Of a DNA stretch of 64,000 bases, positions 1 through 9,403 are shown in pieces. The stretch is taken from positions 10,546-74,545 of the forward strand of contig MFPT01000021.1 in the NCBI GenBank assembly GCA_001782805.1, written 5' to 3'. Under the pieces are notes generated by a model. It saw nothing but the letters and a program-made list of their open reading frames with translations, was not told the DNA's origin and ran no database searches. The position numbers were made by a program, and so were the translations under genes. Numbering within the stretch: the stretch's first letter is position 1; each line of letters begins with the position of its first letter. The DNA is from Candidatus Magasanikbacteria bacterium RIFCSPHIGHO2_01_FULL_41_23. GTDB lineage: Bacteria; Patescibacteriota; Patescibacteriia; Magasanikbacterales; UBA922.

Positions 1-32
1 GGGTAGAATTTTACCAGTTAAACTATCGGCCC
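1..32 (-). tRNA. Partial tRNA gene (5' acceptor strand, D-arm and start of anticodon stem); the rest lies beyond the window start
   Basis: Reverse complement reads GGGCCGA-TA-GTTT-AACTGGTA-AAAT-T-CTACC-C, a tRNA 5' half. Anticodon-stem 5' strand CTACC and C32 are identical to the tRNA at 36090-36166. The flank at 33-110 is ~80% identical to the flank of that tRNA (36167-36250). Confidence 0.3.
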
Positions 33-192
33 ATAATCCACCATCTATAACCATAACACAAACAACCTTAAGAAAGTCTTAAATTTTAAAAGTTATTCAC
101 AAATTATCCCCAATATTTTGAAACATTTATAAAGAGCTGTTTTTTGTCTTCATCTGTGTTATAATAATTTCATAAAGAATTTACTGATTTAC

Positions 193-3100
193 ATGAACTC
201 GCATCTCCGCTCCATGCTCGGACGACTGCAGTTATTGGCACAGAAAATTTGTCCCGCGTCGGGATCATCTTGGCGCACTCCGTGGATGGTATTTTTTGGT
301 ATATTGTTTTTGGGATTTTTTCTTTTAACCATTTCTCCGGCCAATGCTCAGTTCGAAACTGTAACCAATATTTTTATTATCGGCGCGGCGCATATTATGA
401 TTGTCGTCGCCAATATTGCCATTGGTTTAACTATTTTCTTTTTGCGTTTTTTCATCATGCTGGCCAGTTACAACAATTATATTGATGTTGACGTGGTGCA
501 ATTGGGCTGGATAATGGTGCGGGATGTGGCCAATATGTTTTTTGTCGTCGCGCTGTTGGTCATAGCCTTTGGCACTATTTTGGGTTTGGAAGAATATGAA
601 TGGAAAAAGAATTTGGTTAAACTTATTCTCGCCGCGATTTTAATTAATTTCAGCAATTTGATTTGCCAGCTGCTTATAGATGTTTCCCATGTTTTTAGCA
701 TTACTTTTTTGAATGCCATTTCGGCTACGGCCGGAGGCAATCTGATTAACATGTTCAAATTGGATCAAATAACGGCTTTGGCCGGTGCGGATGATACATC
801 GGGGATTGATATTGAATTGTTGGCCGCGGCTATACCGGCCATGATGTTCGCGCTTATGGCCGCGGCCGCGCTGGGATCATACGTGTATGTTATGGCGGCG
901 CGAGTGGTGGCATTGTGGGCTTTGATTATTTTTTCCCCGCTCGCTTTTATTTTTGGCGTTTTGCCCAAGACCAAAGGATATGCGGAAAAATGGTGGACTG
1001 AATTTAACAATAACATAATTGTCGTGCCGATAATGGTGTTTTTTTTGTGGCTGTCGTTTGCCACGTTGGGTTTGGGTAATATTGCGGAACAAATTCAAAC
1101 TGGTTTGCCCGCGGGTGTCCAGATAGATGGAGCGCAACAAGGTAAAACTGAATATAAGAAGACATCGTTATCATTATCCAAAGTAACCAGTTGGGAAAAT
1201 ATGGCCAGTTTTTTGGTTGCTTTTGCGTTTTTGATGCGCGGCATTCAAGAAACCGAACAAACCGGAGTTACTGGAGCCGGAGCCATCGGCTCGGCCGTGG
1301 ATTTTGCCAAAAAAGTCGGTACCATTGCCAGTGGGTATGCGGCGGGGAGATGGTTGGCGGGGAAGACGAGGGATGGAGTAGTTGGTGGATCCAAATGGGT
1401 GGGCAAAGAACTTGGTGTACATCTGGCCAAACGGGCCGGAGTTTACGATGTTCCCGAGCGAGTCGGTAATTGGTGGAAAGCCAGAGGCGTGGCATTTGAT
1501 AAACGAAGAAGCGAAGGTCCGCTTAGTGGTGTTGTCGATTCAAAAGAAGTAGGAGAAGGTGATCAAACTAAAGATGAAACGAAAAAATTGACCGATGAAC
1601 AAGTTAAGGCTGGTTGGTCAATGAGGTTTGATAGAGAAAAAAATAAAACTGTTGCCGAACAATGGGGTGTATTGAAAGATAAGGATGGAAATCCCAAATA
1701 CAAAAGTGGTTATCAAAAATTTCTCTCTCGTCGTCACGAAAAAATAATCGCTTCTCGCAAGACTTTGGAAAAAACCGAAGGAGAATTTAAAGATAATGAA
1801 GAATTAATGGGGAAGCGTACTGAGGCTCAGTCGTTTGTTACCGGTGCAGAAAGGAGAGAGAATAGAAAATTAGAAAAAGAAGGTTTTGTTGTCAAAGACT
1901 ATGATCGTGTCAAGCGTGGTATGCTTGAAATTGAAGAAGAACGGGCATCAGCAAAAACAGCCGAGTTTAAGAATAGAGGTAAAATGATTGCTCTTGGTAG
2001 CCAACGTCTAAAGGCAGAAGGAGGAAAACCTCTTGGTTTTCAAGAAGGCGGGACAGTTGCCGAGCAAATTGCGGGTCACAAAACCCGAGCGGAATTCTTT
2101 GAATCACGAGTTAACCAAATTCTCAAAACCGCAGAAAGTAAATATAAAGGCAGTGCAGCCGGTAAACGATTTTTGGAAGGAAAAATTCAAGCCGATTTGG
2201 AAATAAAGGCTCAAGAAGCAAAGACTAAAGAATTACAAGCAGGCGCCACGACGAGAATAGCTTTGACCGATACCACTGATGTTTTAGCGCGTACAATAGA
2301 GGCGGAAAAAGCCGCGCATTTAGAAGAACAAAGATTGGCAAGAGTCCAAAAAGCCGAAGAAAGAGAATTTTACAAAGGCGATCATGGCCAAGAAGAATTG
2401 CGTGAAGAAGCGGTTTTGAAAGAACAAATCGCGGCCAGTGAAGCGGGAATAAAAAAAGAAGAGGCTGAAGCCAAACGCGAAGTTGCTGAAGGTACAGGCA
2501 GTGGAGACGAAGCGAAAGAGCGAGAACACCTCTTTAAAGTAGCTCAAGACGAGAAAATCGCGGCGACAAAACAAGCAGGTGTTCGGGAATCTTTAGCGAC
2601 CAGTGTTGAAAAAAAGGCTGAATTGGTCTATGAGACATCAGACCCAGGTAAAGAAGAAAAAGAAAAAGAATTAACTGCCAAAGAAACCATTGCCGCCACC
2701 GAAGGAAAAATAAAGAAAGAAGAGGCTACTAGAAAAGCCGTACTTGCCACAGAAGACAGTAATGAATACAAGTTACAAATGGCGGAGAGGATTGCGGCGG
2801 AAAAAGGCGCAAAGTTGGAAGAGGGGAAGGTCGCGCTTGCAGAAAAAGAGGCCACCAAAGCGTATGTTTCTGGTACAGGTGCAGATACAATTACCCAAAC
2901 CAAAGAAGTTGAATTAAAAACAAAAGCCGAAGACGCGGAAATTAAACAACGTGAAGCCGAGGCAGACAGACAAGCGGCCAATAATTTAAAAGAAGTGTTT
3001 GCTAGAATCAATTTTTCGGAACAAGCAACAAAAGCGGCTGAAGATTTTGTAAAAAATATTAAAGAAGAAGACCTGAGAGATAAATTTAAATCAGCTTCTG

Positions 3101-5001
3101 AGCAAATGAAGGGATGGATGAAATTAGACGCCACGGCTTTGGCCACGGAAATTGAAAAATTTAAGACTGCCGGTCATACTCAAGGAATTGACGCGTATGT
3201 AGTGGCGTTGGGTCAAGCTCAATTGTTAAAAGTAACTACGAGTGATTCCGGTATTCGCCATAAACAAGCCGAGGATGCGGCGTCTGACGGTTTTGTGAAT
3301 AAATCTCGGTATGGAACCACTACTGCCTCAACTGCCTATTCTGATTTTTCCGATACCAAATTAAAGGATTATAAAAAACTGGAACGCACCGCCGCCATGA
3401 AAAAAGCCACCGATGTCCATGCTTTTTTAATGCACCAAAAAGAAAATTTGCCAGCGGGTCAAGAACTTGATCTTGATCAAACAGCGGAATTATATGCTGC
3501 CAGTTCTTATTTACAATCAGAAGCATGGAATGATGATCAGGCGGCGTATACATACTCTATGTTTGAAAAATTACAAAGACATCAAGCCGAAGTAGCGAAT
3601 AAAGGAAGTTCAACTGTCATGAAAACTGATGAAGCAGCACAGTGGACCACTATGGCGAAACAATATACTAGGTTGGGCTGGCTTGATAACAATGTTATTG
3701 ATGCTGGTGGTAATTTTGTATTGGATAATGAGAAAAAAGCAGATGGTACTGATGTCATTGATAAAACAAATGGAAAAGTAGTCAAAAAGGGGAAAGCCAT
3801 TGCCAAAAAATATACACGACAAAAAGCCGCGGATATGCAGAATTTAGCTGTTACAGGCGGTGATGTAAATTTAGTGGTTGCCCATCACCAAATTTCTGAA
3901 GCGGTTGATGCCAATGCTCGGGATGTTGAAAATGCTAAGCTTGAAGCAAGAAGTAGGATTATTGCGGATAAGAAAAGTGCTAATACAACATTAACAGACG
4001 AAACGGCCGCTGCATCGGCGGAAAAAGAAATTGAATCCGCAATGGCAGCTGCGGGTAAAGCTACAGCAAAAAATTATTGGGAATTGGCGGATGTTATTTT
4101 GAAATTAGGAACTAACACAACAGGCATCGTCGATGCTGCTGCTTTGAAAGTACGTTATGAAGAACATTCTGATTTGCTTCAAGACGCCACCAAATCATAC
4201 AAAGGTTTTGCACATGCCACCGGCCATGAAAAATTAGGTGGAAACCAAGGATTTGATGAAGAGGCTGATTCCTATCGTTTTATGACGGTAAGAGAGGGTC
4301 AGGCAGAAGTTCGGGCTGATCGGGTAAAAATGAAAACTCGCCAAATCTTAAATGGAGATCAGTATCATAGTAATGGTGGTGAATTAGATTTGGATACAGG
4401 GATAATTGATAATTTCTTGGAAGACACGCTTAATCTTACTATTGGTAAAATTACCCGATACCTTGATATGGTTGATATGCCTGAACGTTCTTTGAAAGGC
4501 GCGTTCTATTTACATAAAAATGAACAAGCAAAAGTAGTGCAAGGTACGGAAGGTGCTTTAAAAGATAAAAAAGTTGCGGTGTTGGGTGGAAATAAAGCCA
4601 TGCAAAAATTTGAAGCCGATGGTGATGTTGATGAAGAAAGTAAGACAAAGCATATGATGACACGTGGTGTTGTACCGGCTTTAATGTCAGGTCATAGAGG
4701 TTGGGCAGTCGCAGCCAGTAAATTATATGGCGGTCATGTTGTGGAGGCCGACGCTCAAAAAGGGACAATAAATATGCGGGTCGGTAATAAAGAATTTGCA
4801 ACTACGAAGAATGCGGCTGAACATGTTATTACTAATTTGGAATCAGATAAAGATTACTTTAAGGGTAGCGATCTTTATGGTCAAGAAAAAAGAATATTAG
4901 AGGCCATGAATCAGATTATCGCGGATTTTAATTCTGCACCTGCACCTGCATCTGCTGTTGATACTGCTGCTGCTGGTGAAGATGATACTCCTCCTACTTA
5001 A
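193..5001 (+). CDS. Giant polytopic membrane protein: N-terminal TrbL/VirB6-like multi-TM domain (~400 aa) plus a ~1200-aa K/E/A-rich low-complexity or coiled-coil C-terminal extension
   Basis: Uninterrupted 1602-codon ORF. The first ~330 aa carry 6-7 hydrophobic helices in a VirB6/TrbL-like layout. The rest is strongly biased to K, E, A, T and Q with EAK/KEE-type periodicity. It lies in one cluster with the PrgI-like and VirB4-like genes. Confidence 0.55.
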   Translation: MNSHLRSMLGRLQLLAQKICPASGSSWRTPWMVFFGILFLGFFLLTISPANAQFETVTNIFIIGAAHIMIVVANIAIGLTIFFLRFFIMLASYNNYIDVDVVQLGWIMVRDVANMFFVVALLVIAFGTILGLEEYEWKKNLVKLILAAILINFSNLICQLLIDVSHVFSITFLNAISATAGGNLINMFKLDQITALAGADDTSGIDIELLAAAIPAMMFALMAAAALGSYVYVMAARVVALWALIIFSPLAFIFGVLPKTKGYAEKWWTEFNNNIIVVPIMVFFLWLSFATLGLGNIAEQIQTGLPAGVQIDGAQQGKTEYKKTSLSLSKVTSWENMASFLVAFAFLMRGIQETEQTGVTGAGAIGSAVDFAKKVGTIASGYAAGRWLAGKTRDGVVGGSKWVGKELGVHLAKRAGVYDVPERVGNWWKARGVAFDKRRSEGPLSGVVDSKEVGEGDQTKDETKKLTDEQVKAGWSMRFDREKNKTVAEQWGVLKDKDGNPKYKSGYQKFLSRRHEKIIASRKTLEKTEGEFKDNEELMGKRTEAQSFVTGAERRENRKLEKEGFVVKDYDRVKRGMLEIEEERASAKTAEFKNRGKMIALGSQRLKAEGGKPLGFQEGGTVAEQIAGHKTRAEFFESRVNQILKTAESKYKGSAAGKRFLEGKIQADLEIKAQEAKTKELQAGATTRIALTDTTDVLARTIEAEKAAHLEEQRLARVQKAEEREFYKGDHGQEELREEAVLKEQIAASEAGIKKEEAEAKREVAEGTGSGDEAKEREHLFKVAQDEKIAATKQAGVRESLATSVEKKAELVYETSDPGKEEKEKELTAKETIAATEGKIKKEEATRKAVLATEDSNEYKLQMAERIAAEKGAKLEEGKVALAEKEATKAYVSGTGADTITQTKEVELKTKAEDAEIKQREAEADRQAANNLKEVFARINFSEQATKAAEDFVKNIKEEDLRDKFKSASEQMKGWMKLDATALATEIEKFKTAGHTQGIDAYVVALGQAQLLKVTTSDSGIRHKQAEDAASDGFVNKSRYGTTTASTAYSDFSDTKLKDYKKLERTAAMKKATDVHAFLMHQKENLPAGQELDLDQTAELYAASSYLQSEAWNDDQAAYTYSMFEKLQRHQAEVANKGSSTVMKTDEAAQWTTMAKQYTRLGWLDNNVIDAGGNFVLDNEKKADGTDVIDKTNGKVVKKGKAIAKKYTRQKAADMQNLAVTGGDVNLVVAHHQISEAVDANARDVENAKLEARSRIIADKKSANTTLTDETAAASAEKEIESAMAAAGKATAKNYWELADVILKLGTNTTGIVDAAALKVRYEEHSDLLQDATKSYKGFAHATGHEKLGGNQGFDEEADSYRFMTVREGQAEVRADRVKMKTRQILNGDQYHSNGGELDLDTGIIDNFLEDTLNLTIGKITRYLDMVDMPERSLKGAFYLHKNEQAKVVQGTEGALKDKKVAVLGGNKAMQKFEADGDVDEESKTKHMMTRGVVPALMSGHRGWAVAASKLYGGHVVEADAQKGTINMRVGNKEFATTKNAAEHVITNLESDKDYFKGSDLYGQEKRILEAMNQIIADFNSAPAPASAVDTAAAGEDDTPPT

Positions 5002-5022
5002 CAAATAATCTAGACTAATTTT

Positions 5023-6276
5023 ATGGATACTACACCATTAAAGAATCTGATTGATTGGTATAAAAAATATTCTCTAAGACAGGGAGAGACTTTTATATTG
5101 GAATTTTTTGAAAAATCAAAAAATAAGTCTGACTCTCCAGTGAATAATTTAGAAAAAATTATTCGTAGTCTGGTTGAATTTGTCACTGAATCAAAAAAAA
5201 ATCCGGAAGAATTCTTTTTATTTCCAAATGACAAAATCATTATTAGTAGTCTTGCGACCGTTGACAAAGATTATATCCATTCTGTTGTGCCAGTTATGTG
5301 GTATGGTCTTGGTTTGCAAACCGGAGATTATGATTTGTGGGAACCGGAACAGATTATCAAAGAATGTGAAGAGGTTTTTTCCGGCGCGGTTGATAATGTT
5401 CCGGTTCTTATACGCAACATCCGCGAAGTCGGAAAGAACGAGGATGCTATAAATTTTTGCCAGAAATTTATTAACCAGTTTATTCTGCTTGATAAATGCA
5501 CAATAATCACAGAATTAAATTGGCATAATTCTTTGATAATAGCGATTGCGCTTAATACGGTATATGAACGACTATATCAGCTTTCCGAAGACGAGCAAAA
5601 AATTATTCTTCAACACAGTCTTTATGTCGCTTTGTGCGCGGGCATCAATGTGCAAACGAGTCTGCAGGCTGTCTTGTATCACACCAAAACTATTTTTAGT
5701 TTTATTGCCACGTATGAACGACTGACACAGATTTTAGAAGAAAGTAATGAAACGGTGATTCAAATTAATGAAAATTCTATTCAAACTCTGGGGAGTTTGT
5801 GGAATGATTATTGTGAAAAAAATAAAAATGATTGGTCGGATATAAAAAAATTAAAATTTTTTTCTGACAGTCTGACAACCAATGAATTTCAGAAAGAAAA
5901 AATATTTGCAGGTTTTAAGATACTCCTTGATCTTAAGACAGCGGTTTTGCAACAAAAAAATTACAGTGATGATTATAATGAATCCGAAGAGTTTCGCAAT
6001 GATGTCATTAAATTAATTTTTTGGTTTGGAATCGGTGACGCCGGTTACGATGATCTAAAAAAATATTTTCAACAGACAGAAAAAAAAGTTTCTATTACTG
6101 CTTTTGTAAAAAGGCTAGTTGAAATTATTGGTCTACAAGATATGGAACAAATTGAAAATGTACTTCTTTTTTCTGGATTACTTCGCGAATTAAACTGGAT
6201 GCCGGAAGATGACAACTTAATCAGTTTCCACGAATCCACCTCCCAATTCCATTGGAATCAAGAATTATTATCCTAA
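5023..6276 (+). CDS. Hypothetical protein, paralog of the next gene
   Basis: 417-aa ORF. Segment EQKIILQHSLYVALCAGINVQTSLQAVLY aligns with EQQFILQHYFYYAIIMGVPVQSWLNVAF of the downstream ORF. A second shared block is WFGIGDAGYDD vs WYGNDAQGNQY. No recognisable family. Confidence 0.6.
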   Translation: MDTTPLKNLIDWYKKYSLRQGETFILEFFEKSKNKSDSPVNNLEKIIRSLVEFVTESKKNPEEFFLFPNDKIIISSLATVDKDYIHSVVPVMWYGLGLQTGDYDLWEPEQIIKECEEVFSGAVDNVPVLIRNIREVGKNEDAINFCQKFINQFILLDKCTIITELNWHNSLIIAIALNTVYERLYQLSEDEQKIILQHSLYVALCAGINVQTSLQAVLYHTKTIFSFIATYERLTQILEESNETVIQINENSIQTLGSLWNDYCEKNKNDWSDIKKLKFFSDSLTTNEFQKEKIFAGFKILLDLKTAVLQQKNYSDDYNESEEFRNDVIKLIFWFGIGDAGYDDLKKYFQQTEKKVSITAFVKRLVEIIGLQDMEQIENVLLFSGLLRELNWMPEDDNLISFHESTSQFHWNQELLS

Positions 6277-6277
6277 T

Positions 6278-7222
6278 ATGCCCGCTCCATTATTTTCCTA
6301 TTGCCAAAATAATCCGCTCAAAAATGTCTCTGCTTTGGAGCGGCTTATTATGGCAGTTGAGCCTAGTGCGATTACGGATACCGCGCTTAGTGGTGTCGTG
6401 GAATACGCGGCTTTGATTCTTTCCGGTTTGCGCGATTTGGAACCGCGCGGATTGGCCGACAGTTATGTTACGCAAGTTTTGGGATTTATTGACACAAAAC
6501 TTGTGGAGCAAGTGGCGACTGATCCAGCCAAATCCGCGAGTAATGATCTCAATGAATTGGCAGTGGAATTGCTCCACTCTGCGGCCGCGATTGGCGTGGT
6601 GGAAGAAATTACGCCGTATACGGTTGAAGAATTGACCGAGATTATCAACAGTTCTGACGTTGATTTTAATCATGCTATTTTGGCCTTCACTATTGGCTAC
6701 GCGATTGTGAGTGGAGAAAAAGATTATGGATCTCTATTAATGCACATTCTCATGAATCATAAAGATGAAGAATTGCAAACGCCATACGAATGGATGGATG
6801 CGTTTTTGCTCGGTTTATTAATTCATAGTGCGTGGAGTTATTTTCCCGATGCCACGGATCGTGAACAGCAATTCATACTCCAACATTATTTTTATTATGC
6901 CATTATCATGGGCGTGCCGGTACAAAGTTGGTTGAATGTGGCGTTTGCTGCCAATCCCAAATTATTGCCGCATATATTGATGCAAAAATTAAGCAGTTCG
7001 CAAGAAGTGATTCCGGAGAATTCCGGATTAAGCAGTAGTGCGGATTTTGCCAATGTCATACGCGATTATATGTCTGCAGTCAATCAAAATTCCATTCCCA
7101 CTTTGGCCGCGGAAAAATTTTTGGGCAAATGGTATGGCAATGACGCGCAGGGAAATCAATATCGTCTATGGTTGCGCGCCGCGCTTGGTACTGCCTATCG
7201 TTTGCAAACGCGGAATTTGTAA
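6278..7222 (+). CDS. Hypothetical protein, tandem paralog of 5023..6276
   Basis: 314-aa ORF starting 2 nt after the previous stop. Shares a ~60-aa conserved core with the upstream gene. Confidence 0.6.
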   Translation: MPAPLFSYCQNNPLKNVSALERLIMAVEPSAITDTALSGVVEYAALILSGLRDLEPRGLADSYVTQVLGFIDTKLVEQVATDPAKSASNDLNELAVELLHSAAAIGVVEEITPYTVEELTEIINSSDVDFNHAILAFTIGYAIVSGEKDYGSLLMHILMNHKDEELQTPYEWMDAFLLGLLIHSAWSYFPDATDREQQFILQHYFYYAIIMGVPVQSWLNVAFAANPKLLPHILMQKLSSSQEVIPENSGLSSSADFANVIRDYMSAVNQNSIPTLAAEKFLGKWYGNDAQGNQYRLWLRAALGTAYRLQTRNL

Positions 7223-7273
7223 TGCGATTTTTTTGTGATATACTTCAATTAATTTAATTTTAAAAGGAGGGAT

Positions 7274-7777
7274 ATGAATTACAATCAAAATAATTTTGCT
7301 TTTATTGACAGCCAAAATTTACATTTTGGAATTTTGGAACAAGGTTGGAAGATTGATTATCGAAAATTTCGTAATTATTTAAGGAATAAATACGATATTA
7401 CAAAAGTTTTTATGTTTATGGGGTATTTACCCTCAGAACAAGCTTTATATACATTTCTTAGACAATCAGGGTTTACGTTAATCTTCAAACATGTGTCTAA
7501 GTTACTTGACGGTTCGGTAAAAGGTAATTGCGACGGTGAGATGATTTTACAAGCTATGATAGAGTATCCGAATTATCACCAAGCTTTGCTCATTACAGGG
7601 GATGGGGATTTTGTATGTTTGATAAAATATTTACAAAAACAGAATAAATTGTTGCAAGTAATTGCTCCAACATTAGAAAATTGTTCTAAATTTATTCGTG
7701 AAGTTGCCGGTAAAAAATTATTGTTTTTTAACGATTTACAATCAAAATTGTCATATAAAGACAAAAAGACCCTATAA
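7274..7777 (+). CDS. NYN-domain (LabA-like / DUF88) putative RNase
   Basis: Motifs FIDSQNL near the N-terminus, GNCDGEMI and ITGDGDF match the PIN-like NYN domain acidic residues. AGGAGG RBS 6 nt upstream of the ATG. Confidence 0.65.
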   Translation: MNYNQNNFAFIDSQNLHFGILEQGWKIDYRKFRNYLRNKYDITKVFMFMGYLPSEQALYTFLRQSGFTLIFKHVSKLLDGSVKGNCDGEMILQAMIEYPNYHQALLITGDGDFVCLIKYLQKQNKLLQVIAPTLENCSKFIREVAGKKLLFFNDLQSKLSYKDKKTL

Positions 7778-7887
7778 AGACAAAACAGTATAGGGGCATT
7801 CTTGCTGGGAAGGACCATACAAAGACAAAACAGTGTACAGGATATTCCCTCATGATTACTTTCTAAAGTATACAACACTACAAATAG

Positions 7888-8922
7888 TTGTCAAGCCAAG
7901 TTATGCCCAATCAACCCACAATTCTCGTAAAAAAATCCGACGGAACGACAATCCGGATGACTCTTGACGAAGTCAAAAAAATGAAGGCGGAGAAAAAAGC
8001 AGATAATCCTTTGTTGCCACAAGAATTAGAGACAGCACCAGAAACAGTGATCAAAAAAGCTGTGGAAATGTTAAAAACTCCGGAATTGGAACCGGCACCA
8101 GTGGAATTTTTATTAAAAGCCAGCGCCGAGCCACATCTTTTGCATGAAGAAATAGAATCGCACGAAGTTACCAGACCGGAATTAGTGACCGCGGTTTCGT
8201 ACGATCGCACGGTTGACGCCGTGCTTAAAAATGCTCGCTTAACTCCGAGTCCGGAACTAATGCCGCGATTTCAGTCACTCATTATGTCGCTTATAAAAGG
8301 CGTGCGTACTGTGGCGCAAGTAATGGAATACGCGAGCGCGCCGCTTCTGCGCGGAGGTTTGGCACTTTCGATCGCCGAGGCAGAACGTCTTGCCACGGCT
8401 TTGAACACACAAACCGGTTTGCCCAATAACCGATCGATTATTATTCCCAAACCCATGACTGCGCCTGCCTCCACGCCCTCAAACATTCAGGGATCAGTCA
8501 AAAATAATCCAACTTCAAATCGTCCTCACAACACAGGCGCGGCTTTTGTCCAAATGCATGATGTGCAAGCGCCGCAGTCCGCGCCAAGCACAAGCAATAA
8601 AGCAGTCATGGGTCCTATAGAAGAAATGAAAATTTTTTCTCTCCTTGATTGGCGTCGTCTCGCGGCTACGCCGGATAAAGCCAAAGAAATAATTTTAAGT
8701 AAATTTTCCGGCTGGAAAGATGAATCATTTTTTTTGTATCGTGATACCAGATTGGCCTGGTTGGAATCGCCATTGGTGCGCGAATATCAAGAAAAAGTTA
8801 TCACTGCCATCAATCAAAGTACGCGTTTGTCTGATATGGCTTCCGGATTTGCGGTGAAAAAAACCCTGACACCGGCTGACATTGCCGCGCTCGTTGAAGT
8901 GAATAGGGTACTTGCGGTATAA
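7888..8922 (+). CDS. Hypothetical Pro/Ser/Ala-rich protein
   Basis: 344-aa ORF in the same orientation inside the T4SS-like cluster. No recognisable motifs. Confidence 0.5.
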   Translation: MSSQVMPNQPTILVKKSDGTTIRMTLDEVKKMKAEKKADNPLLPQELETAPETVIKKAVEMLKTPELEPAPVEFLLKASAEPHLLHEEIESHEVTRPELVTAVSYDRTVDAVLKNARLTPSPELMPRFQSLIMSLIKGVRTVAQVMEYASAPLLRGGLALSIAEAERLATALNTQTGLPNNRSIIIPKPMTAPASTPSNIQGSVKNNPTSNRPHNTGAAFVQMHDVQAPQSAPSTSNKAVMGPIEEMKIFSLLDWRRLAATPDKAKEIILSKFSGWKDESFFLYRDTRLAWLESPLVREYQEKVITAINQSTRLSDMASGFAVKKTLTPADIAALVEVNRVLAV

Positions 8923-8956
8923 TACTCCTACGGCCATGTAATCAAATTTTTACCGC

Positions 8957-9385
8957 ATGCAACAATTTGTTGTTCCACAATTTATTGAAGTGGAAGATAA
9001 AATTTTCGGGCCGATTACGACTCGGCAATTTTTAATTTTATTGGCCGCGGGCACAGCCATATTTTTGTCGTATCGGTTTGGCGATTTGGCTTTATTTATT
9101 TTTACGGTTGTTTTTGTCGGCGGTTTTTCCGCGATTTTGGCTTTTGTAAAAGTGAATGGTCAAAATTTTCATTATTTTTTGCTGAATATTATACAAACCA
9201 TGCGCAAACCATCATTGCGCATTTGGCAAAAAAGTTACAATAAAGAAGAACTGAATTATTTGCGCAAGCGCGATGCCGATATTAAAATAGAGCCGCTCAT
9301 CGTGGTCACAGCAGTAAAAAAAGATCGGATTCGCGACTTGGCTCTGTTGGTTAATACGGGCGGTTTTTACAAGCCCGAGGAATAG
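8957..9385 (+). CDS. PrgI-family (VirB3-like) small membrane protein of Gram-positive-type conjugation / T4SS systems
   Basis: The N-terminus VPQFIEVEDKIFGPITTRQFLILLAAG matches the PrgI-family signature (VPK..ee.KIFG.T.RQ followed by two TM helices). It lies immediately upstream of the VirB4-like ATPase, as PrgI lies upstream of PrgJ. Confidence 0.65.
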   Translation: MQQFVVPQFIEVEDKIFGPITTRQFLILLAAGTAIFLSYRFGDLALFIFTVVFVGGFSAILAFVKVNGQNFHYFLLNIIQTMRKPSLRIWQKSYNKEELNYLRKRDADIKIEPLIVVTAVKKDRIRDLALLVNTGGFYKPEE

Positions 9386-9403
9386 CGCGCGTTCACCATA
9401 AAT

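Noticed and set aside
249-1495. Several 60-100 aa ORFs on both strands overlapping the 5' part of the giant gene (249..485, 477..758, 765..1064, 877..1140, 1174..1422, 1191..1469, 1245..1430, 1268..1495)
   Set aside because: They are nested entirely within or antisense to the uninterrupted 1602-codon ORF, have no RBS or start context of their own, and show odd composition. Shadow ORFs.
2320-4801. Minus-strand ORFs (2320..2574, 2628..3146, 3320..3553, 3582..3822, 4451..4801) antisense to the K/E-rich tail
   Set aside because: They are F/S/L-rich mirror-image translations of a low-complexity coding region. Typical antisense artefacts.
7755-7833. CRISPR array
   Set aside because: There are only three short (12-15 nt) direct repeats with unequal spacing and no cas genes. 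No other regularly spaced repeat array was seen in the window.
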